Positions 8,870-17,201 of a stretch of DNA of 64,000 nt are shown here, piece by piece (within the stretch, counting starts at the first letter, position 1; the number at the start of each line of letters is the position of its first letter). The notes under the pieces are model-generated. The model was not told where the DNA came from. It did not search any database and worked only from the letters and a program-made list of their open reading frames with translations. The stretch is from sequence record MK327934.1; one strand, written 5' to 3'. The stretch comes from Escherichia phage vB_EcoM_G2469. The position numbers and the translations under genes were made by a program.

Positions 8870-9097
8870 TTATTTTTTAATCAAATTGACATAAAACTTG
8901 GCGTCTTCGGGGTGCATGCCTTCGCAGTATTCTTCAACCATGAACTTCTTAATAGCTTCATAAGGACCACTCAGATTAAGCTCAGTTGTCCAGAACTTGG
9001 AATCTTGGGCTGAATCGATACGAACTTCAGGGTGACGGTTGCGAATAACTTCTTCGGTGTATTCATAATCAACGACATCAATACTAACTGTAGCCAT
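8870..9097 (-). CDS. small hypothetical protein
   Basis: 75 aa ORF with early promoter at 9126..9154. Confidence 0.5.
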   Translation of the reverse strand: MATVSIDVVDYEYTEEVIRNRHPEVRIDSAQDSKFWTTELNLSGPYEAIKKFMVEEYCEGMHPEDAKFYVNLIKK

Positions 9098-9125
9098 TTT
9101 GTTTTCCTCTTGATTTGATAGGACT

Positions 9126-9154
9126 ACTATAACATAAACTTACTTAGATGTAAA
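9126..9154 (-). promoter_or_regulatory. sigma70-type early promoter (cassette)
   Basis: TTTACA-N17-TATAGT. Confidence 0.45.
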
Positions 9155-9308
9155 TTATTTCAACGTCACCTTTAGCTGCTTTATAACCTTCAGCCCAAGA
9201 TACAACAGAGTTTTTATCTGAGGATTCAAATTCAGGCATTGGACTTTCACCAATATTCACACAGTATGTTTCTTCATTTTCATCGAACCAAATAATTAAA
9301 GTAGTCAT
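9144..9308 (-). CDS. small hypothetical protein (54 aa), absent from the ORF track
   Basis: MTTLIIWFDENEETYCVNIGESPMPEFESSDKNSVVSWAEGYKAAKGDVEIIYI; its start and promoter region lie in a 47-bp exact repeat shared with the gene at 45236..45505. Confidence 0.45.
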   Translation of the reverse strand: MTTLIIWFDENEETYCVNIGESPMPEFESSDKNSVVSWAEGYKAAKGDVEIIYI

Positions 9309-9348
9309 TTTGTTTACTCCTCTGTAGTTGATAAGTCTATAGTATCAC
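9302..9348. repeat. 47-bp exact direct repeat, copy 1 (promoter -10, leader and ATG module)
   Basis: Identical to 45499..45545 by manual alignment. Confidence 0.85.
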
Positions 9349-9376
9349 CATCCTTGGTGCTTGTACATCATTATTT

Positions 9377-9682
9377 TTAATTTTTCCAACTTAACAACTT
9401 GTAGTGTCCTTCATTCATACGTGGTTTATCCCAAGAAATACTAATATATGATTCGCTGTCAATAGAAGTCGCCGGGTTTTTCTCTACCGTAAGACCTTCA
9501 CTTTCCAGCCATTCAATAGTATTTGCGCATAAATCAGAAGAACACCTAATCGGAAACCGGCAAGATTTTTCACCTTTAGCTGCAGTGTTATACATCTTTT
9601 CTAAAATACGCTTTTGCACGTTTTTAAAAATAGTTTCAGCAGATTCTTCAGATTTTTTATTCAGTTCAGTGTAAAGACTCAT
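9377..9682 (-). CDS. small hypothetical protein
   Basis: 101 aa; GGAG SD; early promoter at 9711..9739. Confidence 0.55.
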   Translation of the reverse strand: MSLYTELNKKSEESAETIFKNVQKRILEKMYNTAAKGEKSCRFPIRCSSDLCANTIEWLESEGLTVEKNPATSIDSESYISISWDKPRMNEGHYKLLSWKN

Positions 9683-9702
9683 AATATTCTCCTCATGTTT
9701 TG
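9679..9702. repeat. 24-bp exact repeat, copy 2
   Basis: Identical to 4939..4962. Confidence 0.85.
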
Positions 9703-9710
9703 ATAGGTCT

Positions 9711-9739
9711 ATAGTAACACATCTAGGGAAGAAGTAAAC
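9711..9739 (-). promoter_or_regulatory. sigma70-type early promoter
   Basis: GTTTAC-N17-TACTAT. Confidence 0.45.
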
Positions 9740-9767
9740 AACTTTTTCAGTAAGTTATAGACCCCCT

Positions 9768-9783
9768 AAAGGGGACCGAAGTC
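9768..9783 (-). terminator. stem-loop of a stem-loop/promoter cassette
   Basis: GGGGACUUCGGUCCCC followed by UUUAGGG; sits between a gene end and the next early promoter. Confidence 0.4.
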
Positions 9784-9791
9784 CCCATTCT

Positions 9792-10418
9792 TTACTTACG
9801 AGTTTTTGCATACTGAGCAGCGTCAGCAGCCAAACGACCTGCCTGACGAAGTTTTTCTTTAATCGCATCGTGAAGTGGTTGAGTGTACTTCAAACCTTCG
9901 ATAGTCAAATAAAGACGATAAAGGTCCGGGGTATCAAGGTTGTTGATATGTTGGCCATTACGAAGAATATTGAATTCACGAACGAGTGAAGATGTATCGG
10001 ATTCAATATCACGAACAAGCGAAGATAGTTGTTTATATTTTTTTTCCAGACTAGAAGTATCAAACTTAAGAGCAGGAGCTTTAGGAGTTGCTTTTACTTC
10101 AGGCTTAGGCTCAGGTTTTGCTATTGCTTTAGGGGTCGCAGGTTTAGGAATGGAAGGAGTAGGTTTTACTTTAGGCGAACCCGATTTAGCAGAAACACCA
10201 CCACTAACAATATCTTTGAATGCTTTAGAAGCTCTGTAATATTCTTTTTGGCTGGAAGTGTCGATACCGTACATGGCTTGAACGTTTTTGAAAAACTCTG
10301 TACTAGTTTTTGTACCAGAAATAGCATCGTAAGCAGCTTGCCATTTCTCTTTTGTCATACGTACACCGGCTTCGGTGATTACTTCCGTTTCGGCTAAAAA
10401 TTCATTAAAAGTATACAT
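9792..10418 (-). CDS. CTS-bearing internal protein with Pro/Lys-rich linker (novel member)
   Basis: 208 aa; N-terminus MYTFNEFLAETE (CTS-like); PKVKPTPSIPKPATPKAIAKPEPKPEVKATPKAP linker; TATAAATA late-promoter motif 36 nt upstream. Confidence 0.65.
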   Translation of the reverse strand: MYTFNEFLAETEVITEAGVRMTKEKWQAAYDAISGTKTSTEFFKNVQAMYGIDTSSQKEYYRASKAFKDIVSGGVSAKSGSPKVKPTPSIPKPATPKAIAKPEPKPEVKATPKAPALKFDTSSLEKKYKQLSSLVRDIESDTSSLVREFNILRNGQHINNLDTPDLYRLYLTIEGLKYTQPLHDAIKEKLRQAGRLAADAAQYAKTRK

Positions 10419-10453
10419 CGATGGTCCTTAGAAAGTAGGTTTATTGTTTACTA

Positions 10454-10461
10454 TATTTATA
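10454..10461 (-). promoter_or_regulatory. T4-type late promoter (TATAAATA)
   Basis: Exact TATAAATA on minus strand, 36 nt before the ATG at 10418. Confidence 0.6.
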
Positions 10462-10465
10462 CAAA

Positions 10466-10488
10466 AAAGCCCCAACCTTTCGGAAGGG
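10466..10488 (-). terminator. rho-independent terminator
   Basis: Minus-strand RNA AGCCCCUUCCGAAAGGUUGGGGCU followed by UUUUUU. Confidence 0.75.
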
Positions 10489-10495
10489 GCTATAT

Positions 10496-10793
10496 ACCTT
10501 GTCGGGGTTCCACCTGCTAAGGCAAGTGTTTGTACGAAACGCCGGGATTCGAACCCGGTTATTAAGTAGTTGACGCTACTCAATATTTTTAAAAGGCCAT
10601 ATCTCGACCATATCCGAACGTTCCGTCAAAAACGCTACTCGGCTTACGGCAAAGATATTTCCTCGAATCGATAATTCGGTGCGCCGTTTCTGCTGTGATA
10701 TAAGGGGGCATTAACAAAACATAAAGATTTATTAATGCCAGTCCTTACTCAGGGAACATCAGTCCGACGACTTACCGGTAGCGACCCGGCTTC
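10496..10793 (-). other. non-coding region with tRNA-like 3' half (possible stable RNA or tRNA remnant)
   Basis: Perfect T arm CCGGG-UUCGAAU-CCCGG plus acceptor 3' strand at 10535..10558, but no canonical D or anticodon arms fold; 8-bp palindrome GGCATTAA...TTAATGCC at 10708..10740. Confidence 0.35.
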
Positions 10794-11138
10794 TTATTTT
10801 GGCATATCATCAATTTGCTCTCGACGCCGACGCCATAGATTAATCGCTTCATAAACACATTCTGCGTTTGGTATATGACGGCAATAATATAATGATTCGC
10901 GTTTCTGGAATCGATGTTGCAATGGGATTTCGTTTAAAAGGTCTTTACGGTCAAAGTATTCAAAACTAGTTAACCTGGAACGGTTTTTAATGAACTTCCA
11001 ATGACCAAATTCATTTTGAACATAGATGTAATCTGCATGTTGGTATAACAAATTAATCAATCGGTCTGAAATAACTGTATCATGTTCGTTAAAATAAAAC
11101 GTTAAATCATGAACTACTAAGTAAACATTACCTTTCAT
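10794..11138 (-). CDS. hypothetical protein (114 aa)
   Basis: ATG at 11138 with GAGGAAAA SD; the longer track ORF would overlap the tRNA. Confidence 0.55.
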   Translation of the reverse strand: MKGNVYLVVHDLTFYFNEHDTVISDRLINLLYQHADYIYVQNEFGHWKFIKNRSRLTSFEYFDRKDLLNEIPLQHRFQKRESLYYCRHIPNAECVYEAINLWRRRREQIDDMPK

Positions 11139-11156
11139 ATTTTCCTCACTTAAAAT

Positions 11157-11233
<77 letters not shown>

Positions 11234-11333
11234 ATGATGCGGCTTTGGGTGTTTCAGTGTTACTCGTTTGTAGGTTCTACTTTTAACCCTTATTCGAACA
11301 ACTTACCTACCTAAGAGCGTACTCACCGCGAAT

Positions 11334-11408
11334 TGGTGGCCCTGGCTGGTTTCGATCCAGCTACCTATCAGTTATGAGCTGACAGCTCTCCCATTGAGCT
11401 ACAGGGCC
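11334..11408 (-). tRNA. tRNA with CAU anticodon (Met, or Ile if C34 is lysidine-modified)
   Basis: Acceptor GGCCCUG/CAGGGCC perfect, D arm GCUC-AAUGGGA-GAGC, anticodon loop CUCAUAA, T stem GCUGG/CCAGC with unusual loop AUCGAAA, encoded CCA. Confidence 0.7.
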
Positions 11409-11470
11409 TAAATAACTTTCTATTATGAAAGGCACTTGAGGGAGCACCTTTGGTAATAGAGGGTAGATTA

Positions 11471-11495
11471 ATAATAACACATAATTCTTAAAGCA
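11471..11495 (-). promoter_or_regulatory. candidate MotA-dependent middle promoter upstream of the tRNA genes
   Basis: Minus strand reads TTTGCTTTA, 12-nt spacer, TATTAT; about 55 nt upstream of the tRNA-CAU 5' end. Confidence 0.3.
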
Positions 11496-11504
11496 AATTA
11501 CGTT

Positions 11505-11795
11505 TTACCGTACCATATTAATGTAGTTATATTCAATGCAACGTAATTTCAAAGGGTTCTTGAAAATATCATATTCAAGAGGGCCTTTTTCTGTTTCAAT
11601 AAAGAAATCAAAGTTAACTGTGTTAAATTTAACGTCTTCACAGAGTAATTTAACTTGTGAAGATGAACGGTCGATATAAACCTTTTCAACCTCAAAGATA
11701 GTCAGAATACCGTAGTCATTAACCAGTGCTTTAGCTGCACGTTGGTCGCTTTCATATCCGTTCTCAATGGACGATACTTTAGCATAAAGAATCAT
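11505..11795 (-). CDS. small hypothetical protein
   Basis: 96 aa ORF in the early region. Confidence 0.5.
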   Translation of the reverse strand: MILYAKVSSIENGYESDQRAAKALVNDYGILTIFEVEKVYIDRSSSQVKLLCEDVKFNTVNFDFFIETEKGPLEYDIFKNPLKLRCIEYNYINMVR

Positions 11796-12154
11796 GAATG
11801 TTCCACCATTTCAAAGGTATGAGCATCAACAATATGATACCAGTCAAAATTTTCTTCCGCGTTTTTATAAATTTCGCGAAGAGCTTCAACAGTTTTTCCT
11901 GTAGCAACAAGATCGTCAATACCACCAAGAGGATAACAGTAATAACCAGCAAACAGAAGGAAATTAATAGTTTCTGTAGGTTCTGGATGCAGAACACCGT
12001 TATCATCTACCACTTCAAAGAAAGTGTAAGAAGGAGTACAAGTTTTAATCCAAACCCATGCTTGGGCTGCTGAATCAAATGGTCTGCGTATCAAACGACA
12101 ATCAGGGTCTTTAGAAGGATTTGCGTCAAAATCTGCATATACATGATATTTCAT
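11792..12154 (-). CDS. hypothetical protein
   Basis: 120 aa ORF, 4-nt overlap with the downstream gene. Confidence 0.55.
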   Translation of the reverse strand: MKYHVYADFDANPSKDPDCRLIRRPFDSAAQAWVWIKTCTPSYTFFEVVDDNGVLHPEPTETINFLLFAGYYCYPLGGIDDLVATGKTVEALREIYKNAEENFDWYHIVDAHTFEMVEHS

Positions 12155-12361
12155 TTACTCACCTTTTGCAATTTTATCCATAACGATAGCGATTAAGCCG
12201 ATTAGAAATGCTACTACCAATGAGATAGAATTTTCTGTTGTTGTCAGTAGTCCACAAATGAATCCTACAAACATCGAAAAACTAAAAGCCATTGAAGCAA
12301 TTACTACAGCAACATTACGAATCAGTTCAGCGCGTTTCATTTTATTTCTCCATTTACTCAT
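12155..12361 (-). CDS. small hypothetical membrane protein
   Basis: 68 aa, hydrophobic (AVVIASMAFSFSMFVGFICGLL, LVVAFLIGLIAIV); early promoter cassette upstream. Confidence 0.5.
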   Translation of the reverse strand: MSKWRNKMKRAELIRNVAVVIASMAFSFSMFVGFICGLLTTTENSISLVVAFLIGLIAIVMDKIAKGE

Positions 12362-12409
12362 TTGTTTTGATAGGACTACTATAACATATCCCTATAGGCT
12401 TGTATACCT

Positions 12410-12673
12410 TTATTTCAAATATATTGCGTATTTTTTATAGCCACCAGGCTCGTGTCGAAGACCTTTATCATTCGCAAAACGTTGAATGTTATTGAACTGA
12501 TTTTCATCAAGTTCGGATGTGTCAAATACGAAAAAGTTTCGTTTGTTACCAAGCGTGATATGCGGAGTTAAGTCAATGTTATACAAATTAAGAATATCAG
12601 CAATAACCTGATTGACCGCTTTGTTAATTTTCACACCAGATGATTCTGAGATGAATTCGTTGAAAGTTTTCAT
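12410..12673 (-). CDS. CTS-bearing small internal protein (novel member)
   Basis: Internal ATG gives MKTFNEFISES; early promoter TTTACA-N17-TATAGT at 12706..12734. Confidence 0.55.
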   Translation of the reverse strand: MKTFNEFISESSGVKINKAVNQVIADILNLYNIDLTPHITLGNKRNFFVFDTSELDENQFNNIQRFANDKGLRHEPGGYKKYAIYLK

Positions 12674-12690
12674 TTTAGGTTCCATTTGGT

Positions 12691-12723
12691 TGTTTTGATA
12701 GGACTACTATAACATAGTCCTAT
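12691..12723. repeat. recurrent about 33-bp promoter motif TGTTTTGATAGGACTACTATAACATAGTCCTAT
   Basis: Near-identical copies at 4956..4988, 6251..6283, 12363..12395 and a partial at 9113..9136; internal 8-bp inverted repeat ATAGGACT/AGTCCTAT. Confidence 0.8.
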
Positions 12724-12734
12724 CGTGTTGTAAA
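12706..12734 (-). promoter_or_regulatory. sigma70-type early promoter (cassette)
   Basis: TTTACA-N17-TATAGT upstream of CTS ORF 12410..12673. Confidence 0.5.
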
Positions 12735-13046
12735 TTATTTTATGCCTTTAGAAGAAATGGTATTTTGGCGTTTAACCCCTGTTTGTGAAAAATCGTGGTT
12801 ATCGATTTGGTCGACTCGCATAACACCAAATGCAGATTTAATTTTAGCCTTTGAACCTTTTTTGATACTAATTATCATATAAGTATCATTTTTCTTATAT
12901 TCGAAATTTGTTACTTCAACGCCTTGATTAGAAATTGACTTAATAATAGCATTAGCGTATTCATCATCTAACGGACCGGTGGTGTTAATAATAAAATTTT
13001 TATCGGCTTTAGTAGCTTCAGCGATAAACTCTTGATAAGTTTTCAT
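12735..13046 (-). CDS. CTS-bearing small internal protein (ipI-position member)
   Basis: 103 aa; N-terminus MKTYQEFIAEA is an exact CTS; next to the 57B-like gene; promoter at 13084..13112. Confidence 0.65.
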   Translation of the reverse strand: MKTYQEFIAEATKADKNFIINTTGPLDDEYANAIIKSISNQGVEVTNFEYKKNDTYMIISIKKGSKAKIKSAFGVMRVDQIDNHDFSQTGVKRQNTISSKGIK

Positions 13047-13083
13047 TTGTTTTTTCCGTTTGGTTTGTGATTTGATATGATGA

Positions 13084-13112
13084 TAGTATCACACCATCAT
13101 CCTTATGTAAAC
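13084..13112 (-). promoter_or_regulatory. sigma70-type early promoter
   Basis: GTTTAC-N17-TACTAT upstream of CTS ORF 12735..13046. Confidence 0.5.
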
Positions 13113-13125
13113 TGTTTTGTGAAAA

Positions 13126-13811
<686 letters not shown>

Positions 13812-13815
13812 TTTA

Positions 13816-14550
13816 TTACCTTAAGATTGTTTCAATTTTAGAATAAAGCTCTTCTAAAGAGCCGTCGTTTGTAATAACTAAATCGCCTTCTTCAATAGGC
13901 AACCCAGCTTCTGTAATATGTTTATCAGTGGATTCCGTACCAGAGCGAACAACATGAATAACTGTAGCACCCATCGCTCTAGCGGTTTCCATTTCATGGA
14001 CTTGACGTGTATCGGTTACAACATAGTAATCGAAATCACTTCCAATATAATCCATATAGTTTAATGCAAAAAGCTTAACCCAATACATACGGTCAAATAA
14101 ATTAACGACAACATCCGTACCGAGGGCTTGCATAAGACGGCGGATTGACCATGTGTCGTTGATATTATTTATAGCTTCACGCAGGGCTTCATATGGTTTA
14201 ATATCTAGATACGAATATCCACCTTCTAACGATGATAATACTTTAACATTATTAATTGGTAAATATTGACTTTGCAAATAAATTAGCGCTTCTTCCAATA
14301 ATTCAATAACATCCAACTTATTGATATTTAATGGCGTTTCACGGTCATATCCGATACCTTCAAAGTATTCGTATTTCAACTCTGTGAATACATCAGGATT
14401 TTCAGCATGCCTACGTCCCCAGGCTATTGCTAGAGCGTCTTTAATTGGATATGCTAATTGGTATTTTACGGATTTAAAGTTTGAATTGATGTAATCAGCA
14501 GTAGTGTCTTTACCACTACGTTTGATGCCACTTAAAAAGATTAGCTCCAT
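13816..14550 (-). CDS. 1: deoxynucleoside monophosphate kinase
   Basis: MELIFLSGIKRSGKDTTADYI P-loop N-terminus, T4 gp1-like throughout. Confidence 0.92.
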   Translation of the reverse strand: MELIFLSGIKRSGKDTTADYINSNFKSVKYQLAYPIKDALAIAWGRRHAENPDVFTELKYEYFEGIGYDRETPLNINKLDVIELLEEALIYLQSQYLPINNVKVLSSLEGGYSYLDIKPYEALREAINNINDTWSIRRLMQALGTDVVVNLFDRMYWVKLFALNYMDYIGSDFDYYVVTDTRQVHEMETARAMGATVIHVVRSGTESTDKHITEAGLPIEEGDLVITNDGSLEELYSKIETILR

Positions 14551-14603
14551 AGGTTTTCCTCATATAATTTATGAGTGATTATAACATACGGAGCTAGAAG
14601 CGA

Positions 14604-15194
14604 TTAACGCAAGGAAGGGTGTCTAGAAATGGATTTAGATTCGGCTGCTTGACGAGGCTGTTGAGATACAATGACTTCGCCATCTTTTTCTATCGTCATA
14701 TACGCATAGTGAATAGTTGCTACGCACGTAACGGCAGGGTCAGAGTCTTCGGTGTAACTAAATTCAATTTCACTCAAATCAGAAATCCATGGTTTATAGA
14801 AATTTGCCGTCAAAACTACTTCTGTCTTATTGTTGTTTAAAATGTGCAAAGTAACAAACTCAGGACCATCGGAGTGTGCAGTATTATGCCCAGTTATATA
14901 GTTATTAGTGCTGAGCATCCATTTATACATGTTCATCCAGGACGTCATGTCTTCATCAACTATAAATCGTACAACAAAAGGGTCATATTCAAATGTGGTG
15001 CCTGCACGCATTGCACGTCCTAACCCCATTGTGCCTGTCACAGTTTCAACAACAGGAATTCTCACACCTGGCAATGGTGCCGTTTGGGCATTGAGCACAA
15101 AACCTGAAGTTCGTGTACTATCTGGGATATCCACAACAAAGTTTGTTATATTTGTTTGGTTAAAAATCTGTCTCGTTGGACGAGTCATAAGCAC
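14604..15194 (-). CDS. 3: tail sheath stabiliser / tail tube terminator gp3
   Basis: T4 gp3-like sequence and synteny (1-3-2-4). Confidence 0.85.
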   Translation of the reverse strand: MLMTRPTRQIFNQTNITNFVVDIPDSTRTSGFVLNAQTAPLPGVRIPVVETVTGTMGLGRAMRAGTTFEYDPFVVRFIVDEDMTSWMNMYKWMLSTNNYITGHNTAHSDGPEFVTLHILNNNKTEVVLTANFYKPWISDLSEIEFSYTEDSDPAVTCVATIHYAYMTIEKDGEVIVSQQPRQAAESKSISRHPSLR

Positions 15195-15290
15195 CTCAAA
15201 AACGCTTTAATAAAAATGCAGTATAATGGTTTTAGGTCTCTTCCATTAATCTGGTTCAACAGAATATCAGAAGAACGGAAGAGAATAGAA

Positions 15291-16112
15291 TTAAGATTTC
15301 CAAACAGTATTCGCAGAGAAACGTTTTCCTTTTGACATAAACTGCTGAGTAGGTAACATGATTATGTTAGCCCAGTCTTTAGGAGCTATTTCTGTTATTG
15401 TTCCTCTAATGTGGCCTGGCAGGTATGCTTTAATCATTTTGTCAGCACCTTGAAATCCTTTCACCTTGCTCCAGTCTATCTTCAACTTTGTGTTATTAGT
15501 AATAGTAGTTGTGCTAGCATATTGCTTCAGCAATTCTTCAAGAAACTGTTGACGTGCTTTAGGCGGGATATAGTGCAAGTTTAACCCATACATCAAATTA
15601 TGTTTACCTAATCCTAAATAAATAATCAAAGGATATCTGTCCCAGTATGGCAGAGTATCTTTATGTTTAGCATCATACACGTAAGTATAAATTTTGCCTG
15701 GTGTAGGCTTGACTACTTTATGACCTTTTACACTTTTCTTAATTGTTTCAACAAACCACTTAGATGATTTGTTGTTTACTGCTGCGCCTTCATTTCTAAT
15801 CTTTTCTCGTATTGAACTGCGAAACGAGTTTATCATCAGAAGTTGACGTTCTTGCTTATTGAGTTTATTTTTAGGTTTAGATTCAAGCGTTTCAATTTTC
15901 TGTGCAGTCTTAATAGATGTTGCATATCTAGTCATTGCAGATGTAAACGACGAGTATTTTATTCCTTTTGATTCTGCAAATGCTTTTGCAGTGATTCCTT
16001 TCTCTTTAGCTTTCTTGTATTCTAATCCTATCTCAATCCATTTTCTTTCATTCATAGACTGAGCAATCTTAGGGGCTTGTACGCCTTCAGATATAATTTG
16101 GAATATGCTCAT
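15291..16112 (-). CDS. 2: DNA end protector protein gp2
   Basis: 273 aa, T4 gp2-like, synteny. Confidence 0.88.
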   Translation of the reverse strand: MSIFQIISEGVQAPKIAQSMNERKWIEIGLEYKKAKEKGITAKAFAESKGIKYSSFTSAMTRYATSIKTAQKIETLESKPKNKLNKQERQLLMINSFRSSIREKIRNEGAAVNNKSSKWFVETIKKSVKGHKVVKPTPGKIYTYVYDAKHKDTLPYWDRYPLIIYLGLGKHNLMYGLNLHYIPPKARQQFLEELLKQYASTTTITNNTKLKIDWSKVKGFQGADKMIKAYLPGHIRGTITEIAPKDWANIIMLPTQQFMSKGKRFSANTVWKS

Positions 16113-16114
16113 AA

Positions 16115-16564
16115 TTACCCCTTGTATCCGAGTTTTCTAAGACCATCTTCGGTTAGAACTCGAAATTTTATATTTCTCTTTTCAGCAACGGCAGAAGCGG
16201 CTTTCCATTTGTCACAGTTCACAGACCACGTGTAGATTTCATTCATATAACGTTTCTTAGCCGCAGTTGTAAGATTCACCGGTTTAATAGGTGGCTGAGT
16301 TTCTTTCTTTGGTTTTATTTCTACAAAAAACTCTTGACCTGATGCATCTTTCATCCATATGTCCATATAGTATCGACGTTTCTTACCTTCAGCATTACAA
16401 AAATATGGAATTACTGCCGTTTCGCTGCCCCATGCAATAATTTCTGGATTTTTATCCAACCATTCGAAAAAGAATTTTTCCCAGTTTGAACGATACGTTA
16501 TTTTGGTATGGTCTCCACGGTATTTTTTTAAATTTTTTGGGACCCATTTACCAGAGTAGGCCAT
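16115..16564 (-). CDS. 4: head completion protein gp4
   Basis: [19 protein letters not shown]...; ATG at 16564 with GGAGGA SD; late promoter 27 nt upstream. Confidence 0.88.
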   Translation of the reverse strand: MAYSGKWVPKNLKKYRGDHTKITYRSNWEKFFFEWLDKNPEIIAWGSETAVIPYFCNAEGKKRRYYMDIWMKDASGQEFFVEIKPKKETQPPIKPVNLTTAAKKRYMNEIYTWSVNCDKWKAASAVAEKRNIKFRVLTEDGLRKLGYKG

Positions 16565-16575
16565 GTTGTCCTCCT

Positions 16576-16583
16576 TATAAATA
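16576..16583 (+). promoter_or_regulatory. T4-type late promoter for gene 53
   Basis: TATAAATA 43 nt before the ATG at 16626. Confidence 0.65.
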
Positions 16584-16590
16584 GTATTAT

Positions 16591-16598
16591 TATTTATA
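16591..16598 (-). promoter_or_regulatory. T4-type late promoter for gene 4
   Basis: TATAAATA on minus strand 27 nt before the ATG at 16564; divergent from the gene 53 promoter. Confidence 0.65.
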
Positions 16599-16625
16599 CC
16601 AATTTCATATTGGAAGGAGACTATC

Positions 16626-17201
16626 TTGTTATTTACATTCTTCGACCCAATAGGATATAGTGCTAAAACAGTTAATAAGAATGCACCTACTATTCCTATG
16701 ACAGACATATTTCGTAACTATAAAGAGTACTTTAAGCGTGTGGCTGCCAATTATAGATTACGTTCTTATTACATTAAAGGCTCTCCACGTCCTGAAGAAC
16801 TAGCAAACATAATTTATGGCAACCCTCAATTATACTGGGTCCTTTTGATGTGCAATGATAACTACGACCCGTATTATGGTTGGATTACATCTCAGGAAGC
16901 AGCGTATCAAGCTTCTATTCAGAAATATGCTAATGCCGGTGGAGACCAAATTCTTTATCATATTAACGAGAACCGTGAGAAATTTTACAATTTGGTTTCA
17001 TATCCAGACGAGCCTTTAGTGTGGTACGATAAAGGTGATGAAGCTCGTAAGTATCCGCAATATAAAGGACCTTTAGCTGCAGTAGATACTTATGAAGCGG
17101 CTATATTGGATAATGAAAAACTTCGTAAAATAAAAATTGTTGCAAAAGAAGATATAAACTCGTTTATTACTGATTTGATTCGTGAGATGGAGATTGCATA
17201 A
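16626..17201 (+). CDS. 53: baseplate wedge subunit gp53
   Basis: MLFTFFDPIGYSAKTVNKNAPTIPMTDIF, T4 gp53-like. Confidence 0.93.
   Translation: MLFTFFDPIGYSAKTVNKNAPTIPMTDIFRNYKEYFKRVAANYRLRSYYIKGSPRPEELANIIYGNPQLYWVLLMCNDNYDPYYGWITSQEAAYQASIQKYANAGGDQILYHINENREKFYNLVSYPDEPLVWYDKGDEARKYPQYKGPLAAVDTYEAAILDNEKLRKIKIVAKEDINSFITDLIREMEIA

Noticed and set aside
10531-10610. Intact third tRNA at the perfect T arm
   Set aside because: No 5' acceptor strand, D arm or 7-nt anticodon loop could be folded; kept only as a tRNA-like remnant or possible stable RNA.
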